NCBI GenBank assembly: GCA_965223705.1
Contig: OZ245015.1
Coordinates: 3,136,001 to 3,200,000 of the forward strand
Reading direction: 5' to 3'
Source of the DNA: Myxococcota bacterium
GTDB lineage: Bacteria; Myxococcota_A; UBA9160; UBA6930
Length of the DNA: 64,000 bases
The notes beneath the pieces are model-generated. The model was not told where the DNA came from. It ran no database searches and saw only the letters and a program-made list of their open reading frames with translations. Shown piece by piece: positions 46,779 through 54,540 of the stretch (its first letter is position 1; every line of letters starts with the position of its first letter). The translations under genes were made by a program, and so were the position numbers.

Positions 46779-47905
46779 GAAGGCCGTCCCAGCCCCCGCA
46801 AACCACCGTCCCGCGCGGGATCCCAGCCCTTCCGACACTCGAGCCGCGGAATCACTTCCTCGCCGAAGCGCCGGATGCCGTCCACCCAGTCCGGCCAACT
46901 GAAGAGGATCCCTTCGACGTTCGGATCGGCGGCGAGCACGTCGATCTTGCGAGCGACCGTTTCATAGGACCCGACGATCGCCGGGATTCCCATGAACGCC
47001 ATATGGCCTTCCTCGGGGTCTCCCGCGAGTAGGTCTTCCTCGACGGTCTTGCGCAGTTGCTCCGTAGTTCCGTCCTGGACCGTGTCGAGCTTCGCCGAAG
47101 CGATCATCGTTTCGATCGCGCCGACGTCGGCACCTTTGGCGATATCCCGAGCGGTCTGGGCCGCCTTCTCGTCGGTTTCTTCCGCGACGAGGTGGAGCAA
47201 TGCATAGGTCGCCACGTCGTTACCCGTGGCTTCAGCCTGCTCCTTCAAGTCGGCGGCGAGGGCGTGAACGCGCTCCGGGTGCGACATGACGAAGTTGTGC
47301 CCGCCGATGGTCGCGACGAACCGGCGACCCACTTCGGATTGACCCGCAGCGACGATCGGAATTTCATGCTCGGGCGTCGGAAGACAAGAGCAATCCTCGA
47401 GCTCGAAAAAGCGACTCTTGTGCGTGACGCGGCCCCGGCTCCACAGCTCGCGCAGAATGTTCACGTAGTCGAGCGCGTACTCGTAGCGCTGCTCGTAGTA
47501 CGCGTCACCGCGCCACAGACCCATCTGCTCGTACTCGGGCTTGTTCCAACCCGTCACGATGTTCAACCCGGCGCGCCCGTTGCTGACATCATCGAGTGTC
47601 GCCATCATGCGCGCGACATACGCGGGATGGAGTGCCAGAACGGTTGTGGTCGGTATGAGGCCGATGCGTTCTGTCACGCTCGCGAGCGACGCCATCAGGG
47701 TGAAGGACTCCATACACGCGTCCCAAAACCCGGTCTCCCCCCCGAACCCGCGGTACTTCATCATGGACAACACGAAGTCGAGACCCTGCCGCTCGGCTTC
47801 GAGCGTCACCGCCTTGTTGAGCTCCCACGTCGGCAAGTAAGGCGGAATCGCCTTGGTGACGAGGTAACCGTTGCTTCCGTTGGGTAGAAAGACGCCGAAT
47901 TTCAT
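46775..47905 (-). CDS. LLM flavin-dependent monooxygenase, RutA-like
   Basis: FGVFLP...G, SMMKYRGFGG, ESFT, NIVTGW...EYEQMGLW, AGQS. Confidence 0.85.
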   Translation of the reverse strand: MKFGVFLPNGSNGYLVTKAIPPYLPTWELNKAVTLEAERQGLDFVLSMMKYRGFGGETGFWDACMESFTLMASLASVTERIGLIPTTTVLALHPAYVARMMATLDDVSNGRAGLNIVTGWNKPEYEQMGLWRGDAYYEQRYEYALDYVNILRELWSRGRVTHKSRFFELEDCSCLPTPEHEIPIVAAGQSEVGRRFVATIGGHNFVMSHPERVHALAADLKEQAEATGNDVATYALLHLVAEETDEKAAQTARDIAKGADVGAIETMIASAKLDTVQDGTTEQLRKTVEEDLLAGDPEEGHMAFMGIPAIVGSYETVARKIDVLAADPNVEGILFSWPDWVDGIRRFGEEVIPRLECRKGWDPARDGGLRGLGRPS

Positions 47906-47911
47906 CGCGCT

Positions 47912-48871
47912 TTAGTAGTCGATCTTTTCGAGCTGTGCGAGAAGCGTTTCTCGTTCCTCCTCGAACTGAGGCGAGATCATGATTTGTCGGCCAATCGACT
48001 CGGGCGGTTCGTCTTCGGCGAACCCCTTGGCCTTGCTGACGGTCGCTTCGAAGAGCGGCCCGCCCGGAGTCCGAACGTAGATGGAATCGAAATAGCCGCG
48101 GTCCTTGCGGTCCGACACGTCGATGTACCCGAGTCCTTCGAGGTGCCCTTTCACGGCATCCTGCTCGCCGAAGTCCCCGACCTGAAACGCGGAGTGATGA
48201 ATGAACCCTTCGCCGTGTGCCCAGCTACCCGCGGCGAGGTTCGGCTGGAGAGAAAAATCGACGAGCGCCCCTGTTTCGCCGCTCCCGACGGCGTAGCGCT
48301 GCACAGAGCCGTCGGTGACCGTGCGGCTTCCTCCCCACCCGTCGACCATGAATTCCTCGCTGAGCTCTTGTTCGCGAACGGCGACCACGATGGTGTGAAT
48401 CCCGCGAATTCCGACTTCAGTCGGAACCGGTCCGCCGGTGTGGGGAATGCGCGTATCGTTCTCGACACCCACCAGCTCGTACGGAATGCCGCAGGGGTGC
48501 TCGAAGGCGAGACGCCGCTCGCCGAAGGCTTCGCGGGTCTTCGGGTCGTAGCCGTGTTCGCGAAGGCGCGTCTCCCAATAGGAGAGCGCGTCGGGCGCGA
48601 CGGAGAGGCACAGGACCTGAATCTGCCCCGAGCCCCGCCGCGCTTTTCGCCCGGTCTGACGCATCGGGAAGCTCGTCACGAGGGTGCTCTCCTCCCCTCG
48701 GTCGTTCCCGTAGTAGAGGTGATAGATGGGCACCTGGCCGTCGTAGAGCAGCGTTTTCTTGACGCTCTTCATCCCGAGGAGCTGGGTGTGGAAGTCGTAG
48801 TCCTCCTGAGCCCCTCCGACGCACAGCGTGATGTGATGGTGACGTTGAATCGCGGTTGACGGGTTGTTCAC
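47912..48871 (-). CDS. VOC ring-cleaving dioxygenase (LinE/PcpA/MhqO-like)
   Basis: HHIT, VKKT, YHLYYG, IHHSAF, DRGYFDSIY.RTPGG.LFE; GTG start at 48871. Confidence 0.88.
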   Translation of the reverse strand: MNNPSTAIQRHHHITLCVGGAQEDYDFHTQLLGMKSVKKTLLYDGQVPIYHLYYGNDRGEESTLVTSFPMRQTGRKARRGSGQIQVLCLSVAPDALSYWETRLREHGYDPKTREAFGERRLAFEHPCGIPYELVGVENDTRIPHTGGPVPTEVGIRGIHTIVVAVREQELSEEFMVDGWGGSRTVTDGSVQRYAVGSGETGALVDFSLQPNLAAGSWAHGEGFIHHSAFQVGDFGEQDAVKGHLEGLGYIDVSDRKDRGYFDSIYVRTPGGPLFEATVSKAKGFAEDEPPESIGRQIMISPQFEEERETLLAQLEKIDY

Positions 48872-48963
48872 GGGATACCTCTGTCTTGGGGGTCTCGGCC
48901 CAGTGTACGACTCGCCCTGGGAGAGCGGAATGAATTCCGGATGGGTATCCCCACGGGCATTTT

Positions 48964-48984
48964 TGACTTTGATTTTCATTTTCA
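48964..48984. promoter_or_regulatory. Fur-box-like site 1 (TGACTTTGATTTTCATTTTCA)
   Basis: AT-rich, hexamer-periodic, same architecture as site 2; abuts -35-like TTGACC at 48987. Confidence 0.6.
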
Positions 48985-48986
48985 CC

Positions 48987-49016
48987 TTGACCCCGCCACC
49001 GCGACAGACTTATTCC
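48987..49016 (+). promoter_or_regulatory. Putative sigma70 promoter of the porin gene
   Basis: TTGACC, 18 bp spacer, TATTCC; lies between the two Fur-like boxes. Confidence 0.4.
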
Positions 49017-49022
49017 TCTTTT

Positions 49023-49043
49023 TGAAAACGATTTTCGTTTTCA
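49023..49043. promoter_or_regulatory. Fur-box-like site 2 (TGAAAACGA-TTT-TCGTTTTCA)
   Basis: Perfect 9-3-9 inverted repeat, 21 bp before the porin ATG. Confidence 0.72.
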
Positions 49044-49064
49044 CTCTAAGGGGAGTCGATTTCG

Positions 49065-50426
49065 ATGAACGATCTGTCGAGGGCCGCATGGGCAGCGGCC
49101 TGCTTGCTTCTCGCGGTGGCAGGACCCGCGTGGGCGGACGACCACGAGTCCGACGCCGTCCGACAACGGGACGACCGGATCGCGGATCTCGAGCGGAAAG
49201 TCGATCAGCTGGTCGGCGAGCTCAGTCGAGTCCGCACCCAAGTCGCAGTGCCGGAAGACAAGGAGCTCGCCTCGCAGTACGGGCTCGGACCGGCGGCGTC
49301 CAAGATCTACGGCGTGGAGCGGGGTCTCTCGATCGGCGGTTACGGCGAGGCGTTCTACACGAATTTCTTGAGCGACGCGTCGTCCGGAAGCACACGCGAC
49401 GGCTCGGGAACGCTGGTCAGTGATCACGACCTCGATCGCTCCGACTTCCTGCGGTTCGTGATGTACCTCGGGTACAAGTTCAACGAAAACATCGTGTTCA
49501 ACGCGGAAATCGAGTTCGAACATGGAAGGACGGGAAGCTCGACTCCTTCGGCTGGCTCGGGCAGTGTCTCGGTAGAGTTCGCGGCGCTCGATTTTTTCTT
49601 CAATGACTACGTGAACGCGCGAGCCGGGATGCTCCTCCTTCCGATGGGCTTCATCAACGAAGTCCACGAACCCCCGTTCTTCCACGGTGTGCAGCGGCCG
49701 GAAGTCGAGCGGCGCATCATCCCGAGCACATGGCGGGAAAACGGTGCGGGAATTTTCGGCAACTTGCACGAGACCCTCGCGTACCGCGCCTACGTAACGA
49801 CCGGTTTCAACGCCACGGGCTTCAGCGATGCGGGCATTCGGGGCGGTCGCCAAAACGGCAACCGCGCATTCGCCGAGGATCTAGCCTTCGTCGCACGGCT
49901 CGATTGGACGCCGATCCCGTCCCTCCTCCTCGGAGGCTCGTTCTACACCGGGGGGTCCGGACAAGATCAAGAACTCGGCGGTGTCGATCTGCCGGACGCC
50001 CGGTTGACGATGTACGAGGTGCATGCGCAGTATCGCGTCGGCGGACTCGAGACACGCGCCCTTTTCGCTGTGAATCAGCTCGCGAGTGCGGACAAGCTGA
50101 ACCTCGCGCTCGGTCGCGCGCTCAATCGTCCGATTGCCGAGCGCATGATCGGCGGCTACGGCGAGGTGGCTTACAACATCGCCCCGTTCCTGTTCGGGCC
50201 GGATCGCTATCTCGCACCGTTCCTTCGCGTCGAGTACATCGACCCGCAGAACAAAGTGCCGTCCGGGTTTACGGCCAACGACAACCGTACGCGATGGCTC
50301 TACACCACCGGTCTGTCGTGGAAACCGCATCCGAATGTCGTGCTGAAAGCCGAGTACCGGAACTTCCAGGCCGATGAGGGCGCCGAAGCGGACGAAGTGA
50401 GTATCGGTATGGGCTTCGCCTTCTAG
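49065..50426 (+). CDS. Outer-membrane porin-like beta-barrel (N-terminal coiled coil), probably metal-regulated
   Basis: Signal peptide, IGGYGE, R.VMYLGYKF, EIEFEH, VEFA.LD, NEVHEP, C-terminal GFAF. Confidence 0.82.
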   Translation: MNDLSRAAWAAACLLLAVAGPAWADDHESDAVRQRDDRIADLERKVDQLVGELSRVRTQVAVPEDKELASQYGLGPAASKIYGVERGLSIGGYGEAFYTNFLSDASSGSTRDGSGTLVSDHDLDRSDFLRFVMYLGYKFNENIVFNAEIEFEHGRTGSSTPSAGSGSVSVEFAALDFFFNDYVNARAGMLLLPMGFINEVHEPPFFHGVQRPEVERRIIPSTWRENGAGIFGNLHETLAYRAYVTTGFNATGFSDAGIRGGRQNGNRAFAEDLAFVARLDWTPIPSLLLGGSFYTGGSGQDQELGGVDLPDARLTMYEVHAQYRVGGLETRALFAVNQLASADKLNLALGRALNRPIAERMIGGYGEVAYNIAPFLFGPDRYLAPFLRVEYIDPQNKVPSGFTANDNRTRWLYTTGLSWKPHPNVVLKAEYRNFQADEGAEADEVSIGMGFAF

Positions 50427-50454
50427 GGCGAACCCGACCGGGGTCCGCGGGAGG

Positions 50455-51102
50455 TCACTCCTCCGGTCTCTCGCGGGCCCCGGAACGCTCCACCTCGATC
50501 AGCTCGGCGAGCCAGTGCCGGAACCGACGCGCGACCGCGCGGGGTTCCCCGAGCTCAACGCTTTGCGTGAGCTGATCACCGATCAGCGCTTCGGCAAACA
50601 TCGCCAGGGCCGCCAGACGAACGCAGAAGGCGGTGTCCTCGTACGCAGGCTCCGCGAACCCGTCGGCCGCGCAACGAGCCGTCCGCTCGGCGTGGTACGC
50701 ACGCGTCAGCGGCAGAAGCAGCCGCTCTTCGGGTCGTAGGGACAGATCCGGCTCCCGTAGCACCCGCCACGCCCAGAGCCGTGCCTGCCCCTCGTCCGCC
50801 AGGGTCGCCATGGCCCGGTCGAGGGCGTTTTCAGTTCCTTGCCCGACATCGGCCAAGAGGTCGTCTCTCAAGCGGACGAGGGCGCGCTCCTCGAGCGCGT
50901 CGATCAACCCCTGCCGATTGCCGAAATGGTGGAGCAGAGCCGGATGGGTGACCCCGAGATCCGCCGCGATCGACTGGAGCCGCACCGCTTCAGGCCCCCC
51001 CGCCGCGAGGCGCGCCTGCGCGGCGTCGAGGATTTCTTCGCGCGCCTGGGCGGCGGATTCCCAGCGGCGGCTCTTCGAGCGAGCGGTCTTGGTGGTTGAC
51101 AT
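50455..51102 (-). CDS. TetR/AcrR family transcriptional regulator
   Basis: ILDAA...GP..VRLQSIAADLGVTHPALLHHFG HTH. Confidence 0.92.
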   Translation of the reverse strand: MSTTKTARSKSRRWESAAQAREEILDAAQARLAAGGPEAVRLQSIAADLGVTHPALLHHFGNRQGLIDALEERALVRLRDDLLADVGQGTENALDRAMATLADEGQARLWAWRVLREPDLSLRPEERLLLPLTRAYHAERTARCAADGFAEPAYEDTAFCVRLAALAMFAEALIGDQLTQSVELGEPRAVARRFRHWLAELIEVERSGARERPEE

Positions 51103-51124
51103 GATGATTTCCTTACAATATTGT
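51096..51124 (+). promoter_or_regulatory. sigma70-type promoter TTGACA-17-TATTGT with overlapping palindrome ACAATATTGT (51115-51124)
   Basis: Consensus -35 and exact 17-bp spacer; predicted +1 falls at or next to the Coq4 ATG (51132). Confidence 0.62.
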
Positions 51125-51131
51125 TAACACC

Positions 51132-51863
51132 ATGTCGACTTCAATCTCCCCGACGACCCTTCCGCCCCGTAATTCGCGCATGCGCTGGCGCGACGCGTAC
51201 CGCTCGTGGAAGCGACTTTACGAGAATCCCGACGACACCGCGGCGGTCTTCGAGATCATCGAAGCCCTGCGCGGTCGGTCGGATGAGCGGGCGTATCGCC
51301 GCTTCAGCGCGACCGAAACCGGGGGGCGTCTGCTTCGAGAGCGTCCGGATGTTCTCTCGCGCCTCGCCGACCGGGAAGCGCTGCGGGCGCTGCCGGCGGG
51401 TTCGCTCGGGCGCTGTTACGCGGCGTTCATGGACGAGGAAGCCCTCGATGCAGGCGGCTTGGTCGATGCGAGCGTTGGCCGCGAGAGCTGGGAAGATGCC
51501 GACGAGGGCCTTCTCTACTTCGCGACACGCCGACGAGACACCCACGATCTCCATCACATCGTGACGGGTTACGGCCGCGACCTGCGCGGTGAGTCGGCGC
51601 TCCTCGCATTCGATTTCGCGCAGGCGCGCAGCTGGGGCGTCGGGTTCATCGCACTGATGTCCTACGTGAACGCAACGGAGCCGTTCGAGCGGGCGATGAT
51701 CCGGCGCGCCTACCGCGCGGGCCGGAGAGCGGCGTGGCTCCCCGCCGCGGATTGGGAGAGCCTGCTGGCGCAGCCGCTCGAAGACGTGCGACGCCGACTC
51801 GGCGTCGAAGCCGCCGCCGAGTACCCGCCGCTCTGGTCTGCCGCGGCGCCAGCCGCCGTTTAG
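51132..51863 (+). CDS. Coq4 family protein
   Basis: LRALPAGSLGRCY, HDLHHIVTGY...GE (HDxxH-x11-E), WESLL..PLEDVRRRLG. Confidence 0.88.
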   Translation: MSTSISPTTLPPRNSRMRWRDAYRSWKRLYENPDDTAAVFEIIEALRGRSDERAYRRFSATETGGRLLRERPDVLSRLADREALRALPAGSLGRCYAAFMDEEALDAGGLVDASVGRESWEDADEGLLYFATRRRDTHDLHHIVTGYGRDLRGESALLAFDFAQARSWGVGFIALMSYVNATEPFERAMIRRAYRAGRRAAWLPAADWESLLAQPLEDVRRRLGVEAAAEYPPLWSAAAPAAV

Positions 51864-51931
51864 CACGCCCAGCCTCCGTTTTGCGCCCCGATAAGCGAGC
51901 GGCGGCGCGGGTTCCTAGACTCCGACGCGCG

Positions 51932-52864
51932 ATGGGCCATCAACACTCGCACGGCAAACCGGCGTCGGGCACGGCGCAACGCACGCTCGGCGCAGCTCTC
52001 GTCCTATCCGCGACGTACCTGGTCGTCGAGGTCATCGGCGGCCTCATGACCGGTTCCCTCGCACTCCTCGCCGATGCGGGCCACATGACCTCCGACGTCG
52101 CGGCCCTCGCGTTGGCCCTGTTCGCGGCATGGGTCGCGAGCCGGCCAGCGGGCCCGCGCTGGACCTACGGGCGCCGTCGGGCGGAAGTGCTGGCGGCGCT
52201 TGCCCAAGGTGTGGCGCTTTTCGCCGCCGCGATTCTCATCGTCTTTGAAGCGGTGTCGCGGTTGGGAAGCGACGGGCCGGCCGAAATTTCGGGGCTCGGG
52301 GTGCTCCTCGTCGCAACGGGCGGTCTCATCGTCAATCTCATCGCGCTCGGGATGTTGCAGGGCGACCGCGCGCACAACTTGAACGTTCGCGGCGCGTGGC
52401 TCCATGTCGCGAGCGACGCATTGGGCAGCGTCGGGGCGATGTTCGCCGGTGGCATGATCTACTTCTTCGGGTTGACGTGGGCAGACCCGGTCGCCTCGCT
52501 GCTGATCGCGTCGCTCATCGTCGTGTCCGCCTGGCAGCTCCTGCGTGATGTCGTCGACGTCTTGATGGAAGCGGCGCCTCGGCATCTCGACGTCCCGCGG
52601 ATCCGCCGCGCCCTCGAGGCGATCGAAGGTGTGCTCGGCGTGCACGACCTCCACGTCTGGACGGTCGGCAGTGAGCAGGTCGCCCTCTCCTGCCACCTCG
52701 TGGTTCCCGAGGACGGCGGCTGCACACCGCTTCTGTCTCGAGTCCATCAAGTGTTGGGTGGCGAGTTCGGCATCCGCCACGCGACCGTCCAGGTTGAGCC
52801 CGTCGACTTCGCCGATGCGAGTCCGGAATCCTATTGCGTCGCGCCGCCAACGCTCGACACGTAG
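51932..52864 (+). CDS. Cation diffusion facilitator (CzcD/ZitB-like) transporter
   Basis: His-rich N-terminus, SLALLADAGHMTSD, LHVASD, VHDLHVW, HATVQVE. Confidence 0.93.
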   Translation: MGHQHSHGKPASGTAQRTLGAALVLSATYLVVEVIGGLMTGSLALLADAGHMTSDVAALALALFAAWVASRPAGPRWTYGRRRAEVLAALAQGVALFAAAILIVFEAVSRLGSDGPAEISGLGVLLVATGGLIVNLIALGMLQGDRAHNLNVRGAWLHVASDALGSVGAMFAGGMIYFFGLTWADPVASLLIASLIVVSAWQLLRDVVDVLMEAAPRHLDVPRIRRALEAIEGVLGVHDLHVWTVGSEQVALSCHLVVPEDGGCTPLLSRVHQVLGGEFGIRHATVQVEPVDFADASPESYCVAPPTLDT

Positions 52865-52871
52865 CACCCGG

Positions 52872-54089
52872 TCAGGGTATGTCGCGCCAGCGGACGAAAT
52901 CCCGGCTGAGCTCGCCGATGCTTCGCGCGCCGGCCAAAGCGAGTGTGCGCTCGAGACCTTCGGCGAACCAGCGGAGCACGAGATCGACGCCCCGTTCGCC
53001 GCCCGCGCCGAGGCCGTAGAGGTACGCCCGGCCGATCATGCACGCGCGGGCACCGAGGGCCACTGCCTTCGCGATATCGCTCCCCCGCCGGACCCCGCCG
53101 TCGCAGAGAATCTCGAGTCGATCCCCGACCCGCTCGGCGGTTTCGGCGACGAGTTCGAGCGGCGCCGGAGATCCGTCGAGCTGGCGTCCGCCGTGGTTCG
53201 AGAGAGCGATCGCCGGAATGCCTTCCGCCGCCGCGCGCTCCGCATCGATCACCGACTGGATCCCCTTGAGGATGACCGGCCCGTCCCAGATCCCGCGAAG
53301 CCAGGCGACGTCATCCCAGTCGAGGCCGGGATCGAACTGGCTGTTGATATAGTCCGCCAGGGACACGGCGTCGCTTCCGTCGCCGACCGAGCGGCCCACG
53401 ACATTGGAAAACGCGATCGGCTCGGACCGGAGGAAATCGAGCGTCCAGGCCGGGTGGAGCGCACCGTCGACCAAGGTTTCGAGGCCGACTTTCGGCGGAA
53501 GTGTGAAGCCACTGCGCACGTCGCGTTCGCGCCGGCCGAGCACCGCGGTATCGATCGTCAGCAACAATGCGTCGTAACCCGCCGCCGCCGCGCGCTCGAC
53601 GAGCTCTTTCACGAGGCCGCGGTCTCGCCAAGCGTACACCTGAAACCACTTCGGCCCGGGACACACCGCCGCAACGTCCTCGATGCTGCGCGTCGACAAC
53701 GTCGACAAGCTGTACGGAACGCCGGCCCGCGCCGCGGCGCGAGCGACGGCCAGCTCTCCCTGAGACTCGACAATACGAGTGAACCCGGTTGGCGCCATGA
53801 CCAGTGGCAGGGGCAAGGTGCGGCCGAGGAGCGTCGTCCCCGTATCGACATCGCCGACGTTGCGCAGGACACGCGGCCGAAACTCGAGCCTGTGAAAGGC
53901 TTCGCAATTGCGCCGCTGGGTCCGCTCGTCCTCTGCCGCCCCGTCGACGTAGTCGAAGACCCCACGCGGCAGCCGTCGTTCGGCGACGCGACGCAAATCG
54001 TCGACGTTGGCGCAGCGGGCCAACCGCCGTTCTGTGGCGTTCCACGTGAACTCTCGAAAGCGCAGAACCGAACGGAGCGATTGCCACAT
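52872..54089 (-). CDS. FMN-dependent alpha-hydroxy acid dehydrogenase (LldD family)
   Basis: FDYVDGAA.DE, APTG, WFQVY, ILKGI, SNHGGRQLD, DGGVRRGSD. Confidence 0.93.
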   Translation of the reverse strand: MWQSLRSVLRFREFTWNATERRLARCANVDDLRRVAERRLPRGVFDYVDGAAEDERTQRRNCEAFHRLEFRPRVLRNVGDVDTGTTLLGRTLPLPLVMAPTGFTRIVESQGELAVARAAARAGVPYSLSTLSTRSIEDVAAVCPGPKWFQVYAWRDRGLVKELVERAAAAGYDALLLTIDTAVLGRRERDVRSGFTLPPKVGLETLVDGALHPAWTLDFLRSEPIAFSNVVGRSVGDGSDAVSLADYINSQFDPGLDWDDVAWLRGIWDGPVILKGIQSVIDAERAAAEGIPAIALSNHGGRQLDGSPAPLELVAETAERVGDRLEILCDGGVRRGSDIAKAVALGARACMIGRAYLYGLGAGGERGVDLVLRWFAEGLERTLALAGARSIGELSRDFVRWRDIP

Positions 54090-54104
54090 GAGGGTTGACC
54101 GAAG

Positions 54105-54446
54105 CTAGGCGAAGAGCTCGCCGTACAATTCCTCGTTGAACCCGACGACCACCGTTTTGCCGAACTTGAGGCAAGGAGCGCGTAGATTCCCCGTCGGCCC
54201 GAGCATCTTTTCGACCTGGTCGGCGGAAATTCGCGCGCCCAAGGCGATGTCGTCCCGGTTCTTGCCCTTCGCGACGAAGAGCTTAGTCGCGCCCTTGAGA
54301 AGGGCTCGCGCATCGTCTTTCGACAACTTCCGACTCGCCGGGACTTCCTCCTTGACCTTGACTTTCTTCGCACCCAAGAACTTGGATGCCCGCGTGCAGC
54401 TCGTTCAGCCCTTGCGGTGGTAATACCAATCGACGCTCTTCGGCAT
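54105..54446 (-). CDS. ArsC/Spx-like thioredoxin-fold selenoprotein (UGA at 54407-54405 = Sec, UxxC), 113 aa
   Basis: Strong SD (AAGGAGAGG), MPKSVDWYYHRKG-UGA-TSCTRASKFLG continuing in frame into the 54377-54105 ORF with GPTGNLRAP...VVGFN; SECIS-like hairpin 15 nt after the UGA. Confidence 0.85.
54370..54389 (-). other. Bacterial SECIS-like stem-loop
   Basis: GCAUCCAA-GUUC-UUGGGUGC: 8-bp stem (one G-U), 4-nt loop starting with G, loop 23 nt after the UGA. Confidence 0.7.
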
Positions 54447-54540
54447 GACCTCTCCTTTTCGCACAGTGTAGCGGCGATTGTTCGAGCGGAACCAGAAGGA
54501 CTGCGCGCGCGTATGGAACGCGAACGCCGGAGGTCTGGGA

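Noticed and set aside
46775..47905. Calling this rutA of a pyrimidine-utilisation operon
   Set aside because: RutA-like motifs are present but no other rut genes, so the symbol is withheld
48872..48985. N-terminal extension MKMKIKVKN... of the dioxygenase ORF
   Set aside because: It is the AT-rich Fur-like box read in frame; the family-like sequence starts at the GTG at 48871
52872..54089. Mycofactocin MftD assignment
   Set aside because: No mftA/B/C/E/F in the window; motifs fit the generic LldD family
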